Assembly: GCA_965235115.1 (NCBI GenBank)
Contig: OZ249452.1
Coordinates: 15,314,001-15,378,000 of the forward strand
DNA: 64,000 nucleotides
Source of the DNA: Laetmonice hystrix
Taxonomy: Eukaryota
Direction: 5' to 3'
In this document: piece by piece, positions 1-11,659 of the stretch
Layout: each line of letters opens with the position of its first letter
How positions within the stretch are numbered: the first letter of the stretch is position 1
The notes under the pieces: generated by a model
The model's database searches: none
Seen by the model: the letters and a program-made list of their open reading frames with translations, nothing else
What the model was told of the DNA's origin: nothing
Program-made: the position numbers and the translations under genes

Positions 1-89
1 GTCTGGAAGTCTGTAACGGAAGCCTCAGCCCCCTCCCCCTCCTGAATCATTCTCTGGGCTGTATACCAGACGTCCGATCGCGAGCTCAC

Positions 90-164
90 CTGTTTTTTTG
101 TACTCTTCCTGCGGATGGCCCGGCGGAGGTTCGACGATCGCTCCCGCATGTTGACTCCACTCAT
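90..164 (-). CDS. Candidate alternative first coding exon (MSGVNMRERSSNLRRAIRRKSTKKQ), phase 0
   Basis: ATG with A at -3; 25 codons ending at CAG|GTGAGC; (CAG)n-type leader and two X-box motifs upstream. Confidence 0.65.
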
Positions 165-3054
165 AGTTTGTTGTGGCTGAAATCAATTATACACAACTCC
201 AACTACAACTTTCCTCCGTACCTCGTCCTCTTGTCATCAACATAGCAGCTGCTGCTGCTGCTGCTGCCATCTGCTACTGTAAATCCTTAACTCTCCTTAC
301 AGGTTCTTACACCTAAATCTATTCATAGTATGCAGGCGAGGGTCAGTTCGACTTTCCGAGCCTTTCAGCCGGATCTTGTTTTTTCTTCTCACGTATATAT
401 TATCCTGGTGTACATAATAATTCTCCTCCTGTGAATACACTGATATGTGGAAAGGGTGTGGCGGCTTTTACCAAAGAAACCTGTCTTCTTTCTTTATAAC
501 CTGTAAACAAATCCAGCTGGTTACTATGGAAACATGAGGGCGTCGCTATGGTTACAGTGTCTAGTGCCCGTTTCCTCCGCTGGTACAGGGGACCTCGCCC
601 TGACAGATTTCTGGTTTAGAGAAGAGGGGGTATGACCCCCCCCCTCCTCAGGGGGACCTCTCCGGGGCTGCTGAGGTTGGGTCACTAGGGGGTTAGACCC
701 TCCTGTGACTGATCACTCACTGGAGCCCTCCAGATCTTGCTTCTACCCCCAGTTAGTACCAGGTGACCCGAACACCCTCTGTACGTGAAGTGCAGTGGGC
801 GTGTTTAGGATTTCTTTTTTTTTCCTCGGTTTCAGCACAACCCTGCCAAATAACACCTGCCCGAACAGGTACACACACCTTCACAGTTGATTGCCAGGGT
901 CCTTTGATGACATGATTGGTACACGGGACCAGGCCGTAACAAGGGCTTACCCAGATCACCCTACCATTCTGGTGATACCCTGCAGGTCATAAACCCCCTG
1001 TCCCCCTCACACTTTGTCATTACCCTGCCGGCCTGGTCTTTGAGAGCCGCTGACAATAGAGAGACACGCCAACCCAGACCCACATCAAGTCAACAGTCCC
1101 TGTCAAAACTTCTTTTGCCCGGCCCCTGCTGCTACAGACTCAGGATCCCCGGCCTCTTGACATCCACTAACAGGCCTCGATCCCCACCGCCTCGCTACGC
1201 TGAGTACTTCACAATCCAGCACACCAAATCCACCTCCCAGAGATGAGGCCTACTCCTTGGACTTGGCCGCTACAGCTAGGTCTTCAGTCAGATCCCTCCT
1301 GTTGGGGTGTACTTCTGGTTTGACAGTGCCAGCAAAGATGGCCATGGAATCCTTCTATGACTTGCAGTTACAGTGTTTCTTGACCTTACTCACACCGGAT
1401 CCTAAGGTACATTCAGAGTTATAATGACAGCCTTTGGCTGTAGAGTTGACTACGACATGACGTGTCCTGTACGAGACCTGGCGATCTCTCTCCCTCTCAC
1501 TCACTGCTCACTTACTGTGTCCGTGTAGAGAACATCAAACGACCGCACAGATATTCAGCCCAGGATGTCTCGAACTCTCTGCTTCCCCCGCCCTGGTCAT
1601 CCGTTGGGAGTTCTTGCTGCCCGTTCGACATGCCTTTCACATGACTAGAGAGGTAAAACTTTCCGTGGTCTTGGTGTGATTGTAGATCCCTGCTCGGTTA
1701 GTGTGTACCGACCGTTCAGGCACGTGATTGTCACAGCCGGATATATTCCACATTGTTCTGCTCTAGTTCCCGACAAACACCGACTAACTCGACATACTTA
1801 TCAACAATAGGTGTCGTCCATTTGTCCGTCCGTACTGTCCGTCTTGAGGTTTGTCTGTTATCCTTGTTTGGCGGGGGTTTCTGTGCCTTGTGTATATCTG
1901 AGGCAGAGTTGGGAAGAACTGAACCTCACTTGGAGTTAGTGAAATCTGCCGAGATCGCGGAGCAGCAGGGGTGGTTAGTTACGTCGTTCGTACCCCGATG
2001 GGGGTGCGACCAAACACCCTGTCTGTCCTGACGATTCTCAGACGGTCCGGCCAGTCGGGCCGCGCTGGCCCCGCCCACTGCCGCACTGAGTGACAGCGGC
2101 CCCTCACCATGGCAGCGACCGCCCACGACCTGAGTTCGGCACCGGAATCTGCTGCTGGTCACAGAACTAGTCTGTTCCCAGCGAACACAGAACTCTTCTA
2201 ACTTCAACAAACCCAGCCCCTCCTCTTCCCTCACCAGCAGCCAGCCTCTTCCCATCAGAGCGACACTTAGGCCAATACTCCTGATGTAAGTGTCAGCGGG
2301 CCCAGGGTTAAAGACAGCCGGAGCTAGAGCCGGGTGTTGAAGTGGGGGTAAGGGCAAGGAGAGGGGAAGGGGGTGTGGAGACAGAGGGGTGAGGGGGTTG
2401 GAATCGGCTAGTATTATGTCTACTGGGGTGGAGTGTTGACTGAGGGACTCCAAATGTCTGGGGTTAGAAATCCAAAACTTACTGCGCGATTTTAAGCCAA
2501 GGAGAGTAAAAGTCATTTATAAATATAAGTTACGCCTGTACTGCTCTTTTTATTTGCTCTCTTTCCCCCGCAATTATTCGCAAAAAGTTCCCAGGGGGCC
2601 TTTCAACCATGAGTTTAAAAAAACAAAGACGCTTATGTTTTATTAGTAACCCTGTCCGCCCCCTCCGTGCCCTGTTTCCATGGTGATGGATGTTGTAACC
2701 ATTAGCAACAGGTTATCAACAGATTAGGTACTTGAGCGAACAGCCGTATTTCACGCCGCTAAGTTCTGACTGTCCTTCAGTTCAAACCTAACACCTGTTC
2801 TCGTTGACAGCAGCTGACAACAGATGTCAACAGATGTCAACAGAACCCATCAAGTAGCAATGGGGGAATTTTCCCGACCTCTTCCTTAAAGTACTGGTGT
2901 CCTTGTTATAGAGAGCGAGAGACAGAGAGATTCAGGTTCATGATGTCGTTTTGCCATCTCCTTGACTGCTCCGCCACAAATACAACATGTAGCAAGTTTC
3001 CATAGTCCACATCGCCCCCGGACAATGGCAGCTCCAACAGGTGTGAGGTTACGA

Positions 3055-3160
3055 CAGGTGTTAGAACACCTTGTCTGACCCGACCCTACAGGTGTTAAAA
3101 CACCTTGCCTGACCCGACCCTACAGGTGTTAAAACACCTTGCCTGACCCGACCCTACAGG
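3055..3160. repeat. 34-bp tandem repeat x3 with an internal inverted repeat (AGGTGTT-a-AACACCT)
   Basis: caggtgttaaaacaccttgcctgacccgacccta at 3055, 3089 and 3123. Confidence 0.9.
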
Positions 3161-5483
3161 TCCATACATACTTAACGTTCATAAAACGTTAATAGTTCTT
3201 TGCTATCTGGGAACCATGCATTATCACTACGGCCTGGGTGGCCCCTGACCTCATGCAGTTCTTGTTGATCGTTACCTGTTAACACTGAGTTAGGCTAATC
3301 AAGTTCCAGTCACATCAACAATGCCAGCTGCTGGGGAAGGGAATTCTCGACCTACAGGTGCTACATGATTACCAATATACAATGGCAAACTTATAGAATC
3401 TTACATCTCCTGGGGCGTACCTCCGACCGAACATGGTAAGTTCGACATGCACTTGTAAAGTACAACACACCTGACTATACTAGCAACTTTTTACGACGAT
3501 TTTTTCTGTGAAAACGACATGCTCTTATTCTCAATATAATAATCATAATCTTACAAGTAACACGTAAAAGCTTGTTTTGACGTCACACAGCCTGACTGTG
3601 GTCAGCCAACAGGTTGCCTTCCCTGAGGTACAGGTACAATGCAAGCGTTCGCCGTCAAACACTACAGCCATTCTCCACATTTCACGACCTTTGTTTGCGA
3701 TACCAGAAACACGAATGATTCTTCCCGCCAGCTCTTTGATTTCTTTCCTTCTTTATTTTTTTTTCAGAACAAAAGACGGCTGTTTCCCCCTATAGCACCC
3801 ACCCTCCTCACCCGAGATTCATGCAAGCTAATGTTTTTCTTTATAAGGCAGGTATTTTAAATATTAAAACTTGAACTATGAGAAGATGATTTTAGAGAGA
3901 TATGCTGTATAAGGTATGAGATAGCCACTCCCAGTATCTGATTATGTGTCTGTCATACATACGTAAGGCGGGATACGCAAAACACTGTTCTTCGCCAGTC
4001 CTGTGCGGCTGCTCTATGTTTAAGTTTGCCTTAAAATATATCACTTCTTTCTACTTGTGTGTCTAGCCCCAGGTTATCGACCCGACTAGAAAGTCGGTAA
4101 TTTACCAGACCGCTCCCGATATAACAGGCGGCGCCAGTTTCGTCTTTACGACTCGGGACACAAGAAACCCTATCGGTAAAAGTTAAAGCTTTTGAACGCT
4201 TTCATTTAACTTGTATGTTTGTTATCTGACCTGGCTGGCTGTCTGTCGGTGGGTGCTCTGGTCCTATATGTAATATCTATCTCCTACCAGGGTGGGAGTG
4301 AGGTTCACCCCACTTACTGTGTGGGGGTGAAGTTTACCCCACTTACCGTCTAGATAATTCCTTGGGAAATCTGAGCACCCCCGCCCCATGTAATGGGATG
4401 TGAACTTCACGTGGCAGCATGAAACACCCTCCTTGAGTTGTCATAGAAATACGCCTTCAATCCCGTTTCCATGGCAACGATAGCATTCAGTTACCATGTG
4501 AGGCGCCTTGCTGTGTGTCTATGTCCTTGGTGTGTGTGTGTGTGGGGGGGGGGTGTTTAGTTTAGAAGTGTTGCCCCTACTGCTGTCACAAACTCACCCC
4601 AAGACTTGGCCTGTTCAACGTTTAGTACGTCCAGTTGGTGGAACACGAGACAGCTACGTACACGCCTGGGTCTACCCGATATAGTGTCCACCCCCCGTAA
4701 AAATCAACCAAAACTGTCCAAACAATTATTTCCCCCCTAATATACTCAAAACAAATCCCTATTAATCACCCGCCATTCAATATGTCACTCTATCAGAGAT
4801 AGTATTAAGTACGTTCAAGAGTTGTCTTTCTCTGACATGAGTTTTAATATATTACTACATGTAGACAACGTAAGCTAGTCGTCAACTGCTAAACACAGCA
4901 TATTCTGGTCACACATTTCTACACAGTAGTCCTTACTCAATATAATACGTCTACGAAACCCATGTGGCTCTAGAGTCTAGACTTAAATCTGAAAACCTTT
5001 CTTGCATTTTATACGAAGTCTGATTCGTGGCTCTGTTAGGTCTATACGTAAGGCCAGGTGACTCGTTGGTTCTTCCACTTACCTGAGAAATCCGACCCAA
5101 CAGCCCGTTTCGTTTTTACCTTCTGACATTTTCCCGTCACCAGTGTACGACCACGGTACGTACACGTAGGTCTTCATTAAAACAACAGAATTCTGTATCC
5201 AATCTTAGAGTCAGTTCGGCCTCTACCATGCCAAACTTTGACCGGTAGGTTCATGAAAAGGTGCGAGGTTGTGGCTAACTAACCGTCGCACCTGTAGCTC
5301 CCTCGACCAAGCGTTGCGGTGGTGAAGGACTGTGCCCGACTCCTAGGTGACAACTCGTGGTGCTGAGGCAGGACAGCTGTTGCTGCTGCTCTTCGCATAC
5401 ACAGCATCATGTCGTTTGACACCAGTCCTGCTGTAGGCGCCCAACCGTGTTTCACCTGGGTCTATTGGGACCTTTTCCTAGCT

Positions 5484-6153
5484 CCACCTGGTCAAGTAAC
5501 CAGTCATTGCCTCACTGGGTCTAGAAGCCATCCCAGTCCCACCTGGTCAAGTAACCAGTCACTGCCCCACTGGGTCTAGAAGCCATCCCTCTCCCACCTG
5601 GTCAAGTAACCAGTCACTGCCCCACTGGGTCTAGAAGCCATCCCTCTCCCACCTGGTCAAGTAACCAGTCACTGCCCCACTGGGTCTAGAAGCCATCCCT
5701 CTCCCACCTGGTCAAGTAACCAGTCACTGCCCCACTGGGTCTAGAAGCCATCCCTCTCTCACCTGGTCAAGTAACCGGTCATTGCCTCACTGGGTCTAGA
5801 AGCCATCCCAGTCCCACCTGGTCAAGTAACCGGTCACTGCCCCACTGGGTCTAGAAGCCATCCCTCTCCCACCTGGTCAAGTAACCAGTCACTGCCCCAC
5901 TGGGTCTAGAAGCCATCCCTCTCTCACCTGGTCAAGTAACCGGTCATTGCCTCACTGGGTCTAGAAGCCATCCCTCTCCCACCTGGTCAAGTAACCGGTC
6001 ATTGCCTCACTGGGTCTAGAAGCCATCCCTCTCCCACCTGGTCAAGTAACCGGTCACTGCCCCACTGGGTTTAGAAGCCATCCCTCTCCCACCTGGTCAA
6101 GTAACCAGTCACTGCCCCACTGGGTCTAGAAGCCATCCCTCTCCCACCTGGTC
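5484..6153. repeat. 55-bp minisatellite, about 12 copies
   Basis: ccacctggtcaagtaaccagtcactgccccactgggtctagaagccatccctctc repeated at a 55-bp period. Confidence 0.97.
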
Positions 6154-7173
6154 GAGTAGTCATTTTGTCCACTGCATAGTGTGTCCAATTCACACTCTCT
6201 CTGACACCTACCCTACTTATGCATATTACTATATATAACATTCTCCCGACTGTATCATATATCCATACCTTTAAGTTCCGATTATCCAGTACCCTCCCTT
6301 ACAACATGCGAGTGGGGGAAAGGAAAGGAAAGGAAGCGTTCAATTATCATGATGTTCGATACCGTTGCCGACATTAGCGCCCTCCTGTGACAGACTTAGA
6401 AAGGTTCTAGTTCTCTTAATGACCGCTAGAGGCCATGCGACGGTTGAACATGACGTGTTGCGTGCATGCTATTACACTAATTGAACAACACCCATGCTGT
6501 GCGACTCTTTCCTTACATAACATCGGTGTGGCTATGTCATATAACACTGCATTCGAAGTAAAACACCCAAGGCCCTGATCTTATACGCTAACAGGATGAT
6601 ATGACGTCATGCCAGATGATGGGGGGGGGGAGGGGGGAGATGAGCATTGTCTACCCCTTACACCTCTTTGTATATTACATTTGTTCGAGTTATACGTGTT
6701 ACGCATTTTCAAAATGCTAGAAAATCTTGAATCCTATCATGACATAGACATACTCCCACTGCAAATTTAACCAGGGCATTCCAAGATTCTCACACACGAA
6801 AAAGTGTTGCCCTTAAAAATATCAATTTGGCATGAAAGTGAATCCAACACATCTGGATTATTCACAAAGTTATTGAAGCAGGACAATTAAGTTTCGAAAC
6901 GATATGACATCGTCTACATATAAAACTCCAAAACACACATGTACATATCTGAAATATCAAACAAGAAAAAATGGAAAATTCCCATATGCTCTGCAAAAGA
7001 TAATGAAAATTTGAAATGTTTTCGACAAAATATATGGAAAAACATCCGAAAGAAAAATGGTACCAAGCCCGACATACTATCTAGAAAAAACGGAAATAGA
7101 ACCAAAACAACCTGAAAATGATGCACTTCGATTGGTCAATGGTGATCACATGATATAAAGTCACGTGACTTAC

Positions 7174-7287
7174 CTCCTCAGCCAGATCCTCCGGCTCAGC
7201 CAATGGCGGCTCTTCTTTACTTCTCTCTTGTAGGCGGCTCTGAAAGATGCGACAAATCATTAGCACAAGGCGAACGGTTTCTTTCAT
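7174..7287 (-). CDS. Candidate alternative first coding exon (MKETVRLVLMICRIFQSRLQERSKEEPPLAEPEDLAEE), phase 0
   Basis: 38 codons ending at the consensus donor GAG|GTAAGT; in-frame stop upstream; the Kozak context is weak. Confidence 0.62.
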
Positions 7288-10200
7288 AGATTCAACATAA
7301 CCGTTTTGTAATTTCCATACGGATATTACTATCCTAGAATACAATTGCTAACCGTCTACATGAAATTAACAATTCTTATCAGGGGTCAGTTACAAACGAT
7401 AAGGTTTCATTATTATCACCATATCAAAGAATAAAAAAAATAATCATTTCTTCCATTATAACAGTACGCGGACCAGTATATGTTAATCCTTTCGCGCTGT
7501 CTGTCTGTCTGTCTGTCTGTCTGTCCATCCGTATCCATTACGTTATGTCCCTACAGCCCAACTACTAGTACAGACAACAGAATCCATTATATTCCTATTC
7601 TGAGTTAGGACTCCCCAAACTGTATCTTCACCCTATGCCTATACAACCCCTCTCCTAGTATGACCCTACCTCGTCATTTACCCCTATAAGTTACTTCCAC
7701 GAGACACCTTGTCCTGGTAATGTCAAACCTTGACACTAGATGTCTCCACCCGTTCTCCACCGCTCACACCCACCAACACTGTTACACAAGACAAGGGTGA
7801 AGACGTTTCGGCAAACACAGATTCGGTTTCCTTGGTAACCATCTCATTCCAAACGTTTCCGGCATGTCAGCCCAATCCTGACCTCTGAGTGCATGTTTGA
7901 AAACATTCTTACTGCAGGCTGTATTCTTACTGCATGTCAAATAATCCGTTTTGGTTGGTTGCTGAACAAGTGTCACGTGACCCTTAAAGTTCTCGTAGAA
8001 CGTTTCTATCCAGAACTACAGACGGTCATTCAAACGCACCAACGCGGAAACAATTGGCGGGCAGTTGGAAGTTCTTTTTTAAAAATCGGACAATCATTGC
8101 TTTCTGTGAAAGTACTTTCGACGCCACTATATAGTTTTTTTTTGTCATGGAAGTAAATAAAGAAAGCATCATGATTCCATTAACTGTAAGGTAACAACAC
8201 TCCAACAACAATCTTCCGCCCTGATATTTTTTACCGGAGACCTATATCATATTACAGCCACACCACAACCTCCATGGCAACCACTCATTTTCTATGGCAC
8301 TTAGGTATAGTAAAGACGGTTATTGTATACGACAAACAAAGGCGTCCATTTATATGTCATAACATGTGGCATGAGATGGTCACTCGGTTACCATGGTTAC
8401 ACCATCGTCCAATCAGGAAAGTCCTCTCATGGGCCACAGACAGTGGTGCCACCACGAGGAGCTTCCTACACGGGATCCATGGAAAACGATCTCATCTAAT
8501 GACGATCTCATCTGATATCAAGAAAGTCTCGTTATTTATGTGTTACACTCTGAAATTTTCCTAAACATTTTATCAATATGCTATTACGTGTAACCCCTAA
8601 AATAATTCTGACTCTTACAGACCACAAATTTCCAAGTATTAGACATTTTAAGCCTTTAAGTTTCGGGTCTTTTGGTTGATTTGTTGTTCACAATATCGTT
8701 TCTATTCGCGGCATAAGTGTGAACGAGAGTGAACGATACTACGTATTCCCACCTACTTAGTATATTGATACATCCCCCCACAGAGGGTCGGTATCACCGG
8801 TTCCATATCCACCCCACTTCCGCCCAGTGACCCCATTCCTTGACCTCATTCACCTCATTCCTGGGACACACCCTTCCGGAGAGTGCCTGGTGCCCACTGC
8901 CACCAAGCTGAACCCTCAACTCTCACTTCAGCAAACAACCCCCCTCCACAGGGGGGCACGACCCCCTCCTGCCACCCCAGTGGTATACGTGCTACTATAC
9001 CACCCTTCGAGATCGTTAAGCCTTCTTACACACCCCGTCTCACATAAATCTATCTATAATATCAATAAATCGTTTTAGTCTAACCAAAACAGAGAACCCC
9101 CAAAAAATCATAAAGAACCCCACAGTGTCCGAGTTTAAGTCGTACATTGTTTAGCCCACACAGGTCAAAACGTCATCAAAACGTTTCATTTATACATCCT
9201 ACCCCTCCCAAAGCTTCATCAAATGTTCATTGCTATAGCTGGATATATATGCACGTGTCGGACCACGGCATGTTGTTGGGAGTCGAGACGCCCGGGACTA
9301 CACACTGCTTGACCCCAGGGCGTGGGGTCAAACGTAAATCCATACACACACCTGGCTCGCTGCAGCACCCTGGACACAAATCCACGCCCCGGCGCTCGCC
9401 ATGTGCCCGAAATAACAGCCTGAGTGGCCAAAAATATCTTCGAGCCGCGTCAAAAACGGCAAGCCGGTGCCATTTCTTACTGTAATCCTTGCCCACCAAA
9501 TCCCGGAATCTATCACCGACTTACCCGACATGACGTGCGCACCCTGCGTCCCCTGGCGTTTGTTTACGAGTTGGGCCCTGTCGAGTTCGCCATTTTACAA
9601 AGTCTGGCTAATGGCCCGAGATACTGATCTCCATTTAATTGACAGCGTATGTACTCGGATGCGATAGGCCACATAAAATACAAGTTACAAAAACGTCGAG
9701 TTCACGGCATCCCTCTAAATCATCAGGGTTGGTTTCCGAGTCTGACACTAGGGGGCGCTTCACTTCTAAGGCCTACATCACACAGAAGATTCTGATTCAC
9801 CGAATCGGATTTTGACGTCGCTACCTTTTCTTGACGATCCCATGGAACATTTAAATATTAGAGTCTTGCCCGAATCCCTCGTACAAAAGAAATAATCGGT
9901 GCCGACTAGATTCTGGAAATGTGTCTACGTTTTATGGCAGTCACTGCACAGGAATAGACCTATATCTGTCCATTATTAATATATTCATATTGACTGTATT
10001 CCACATAATCACAGTTTGCTTTCTTAGCGTCCAGCTAACCGACTAGAACAGGAATACATTCTGATAATTCCGTTGTTTACCCATATGTCTTGTTCTGTCA
10101 GTAAATGACAGATTGTGGGACGAATTAGCTAATCTGGGCTTCTCTGAGCCAAATACCCAAATCATGCGACCTCGTCACCTGACCTTTCATGCCTGGTCCC

Positions 10201-11521
10201 TACTCTTTCCACTCCAGTGGCTGGAAATGAAGCAAATACATATTTCTTCTTGGAACATGTGCTGTTCATTCCCCCTCCATTTGCTCTACCATGCAAGTCT
10301 AAATTTATTTTTGTCATAGTCTGAAACCGGGGTGAAAAAGTGCCAGTTTAGAGCTTGACCTCAGCAGCCTCGATGCCAGTTCTCAATCCTCACTGGCTCA
10401 TTACTATTGGTCAGCTGACCTACACGGGAGCCAATCATAACGCACCATACGGATTGCTCCATAGTATCTCTCACTCGGCTCACCGTCGACTAGAATGGGA
10501 GACTCATACCTTGCGACACTCCAGAAAATTATATTCTGTACCAAATGGCGGCTTGCACTAACCCTTTATCTGAACTGTATACATTTGTATTGTCATATTT
10601 AATGTAAATCTTACAGCAAAATATTTATTTCAACTTCAAATAACTTCATTTTGGAGTAACCAAAGGATATCTTTAGCAATGCATTCGTTTCTAAAATGAA
10701 TTAATTTTTACACAAATAATATTGGATAATTTATCGCTAACATCTACTTATATGCAATTTTAATTAGGTGTTAAATAATTATTGAGAAATTAACAACACC
10801 AATACGTGTACTACGTATCTAATAGCGCACTGCATGACTTCTCGACTTGGAAAATGGTAAATTTATCTACAGACATCTCAGCGATAGAGATAAAGAGACA
10901 TTTTCCCATCACCAACAGTATAAAAGTAGGCCTATTAGTCGGTTACCATGCCAACGAATTTTATAGGTGTAAGACACTCGGTGCAGACAATCACACTCAA
11001 GTAAAGAAAATCATTCTGTGACCAACAACCTCCACTAAAATCTACCTCACAGGATACCCACAGGGACAGTTATCAAAACGACGGACAGACACCAAACACA
11101 AGTTGTACTTGAACTGTGATCTACTTAGGTTGAAAGGGGCAGCAGTGGCTTTACGGTCTCAGATATATGGAAGAGCATTTAAGACTTGTCTTCGAAAATT
11201 GGTTTGAGAATTTTAAAATTTTGTGGCGGCAAAAAGTGTACAATAACGACAACTTCGTACAAAAAATCTGCCCCCTGCGTTCTAGGAATTTGGCCAACGA
11301 TAAGCCGGCAACAACAACAACAAAACTAGACCACAGACAAAACATCACCAAAACATACTACAAACTGTGAGGGACAGGGCGTATCGAAACAGTGCTGGTA
11401 TCTAGAAGTTTTAGTGTATGGGGAACCCGCTAGGGTCACACATTACCCTGTGGTTTTCGGGAGTGGCTGTGGGAGAGGTTGGCCATGACAACACAAGCGA
11501 CCCTGTAGAAGCCAATCTCAC

Positions 11522-11659
11522 CATGCAATCCGACATCTCAACCTCTCTGGCTGGGGACGGTAGAGGCGACGATTTCTCGTCCACAGCCTCTTCGTTCGTT
11601 TTGCTACTAAGGCAAGAGAAGAACTTGAAGATCTTGCTTTTTTTCTTAGTTTTACCCAT
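11522..11659 (-). CDS. Candidate alternative first coding exon (MGKTKKKSKIFKFFSCLSSKTNEEAVDEKSSPLPSPAREVEMSDCM), phase 0
   Basis: Perfect Kozak CCACCATGG; 46 codons ending at ATG|GTGAGA; phase matches the donor at 22681; CACGTG x2 and TGACGTCA about 340 bp upstream (11998-12021). Confidence 0.7.

Noticed and set aside
4347-4389. MGRGCSDFPRNYLD mini-ORF with an MGxxxS motif and a GTAAGT donor
   Set aside because: Phase 1, inconsistent with the other candidates; only 14 codons; the donor lies in a local duplication.
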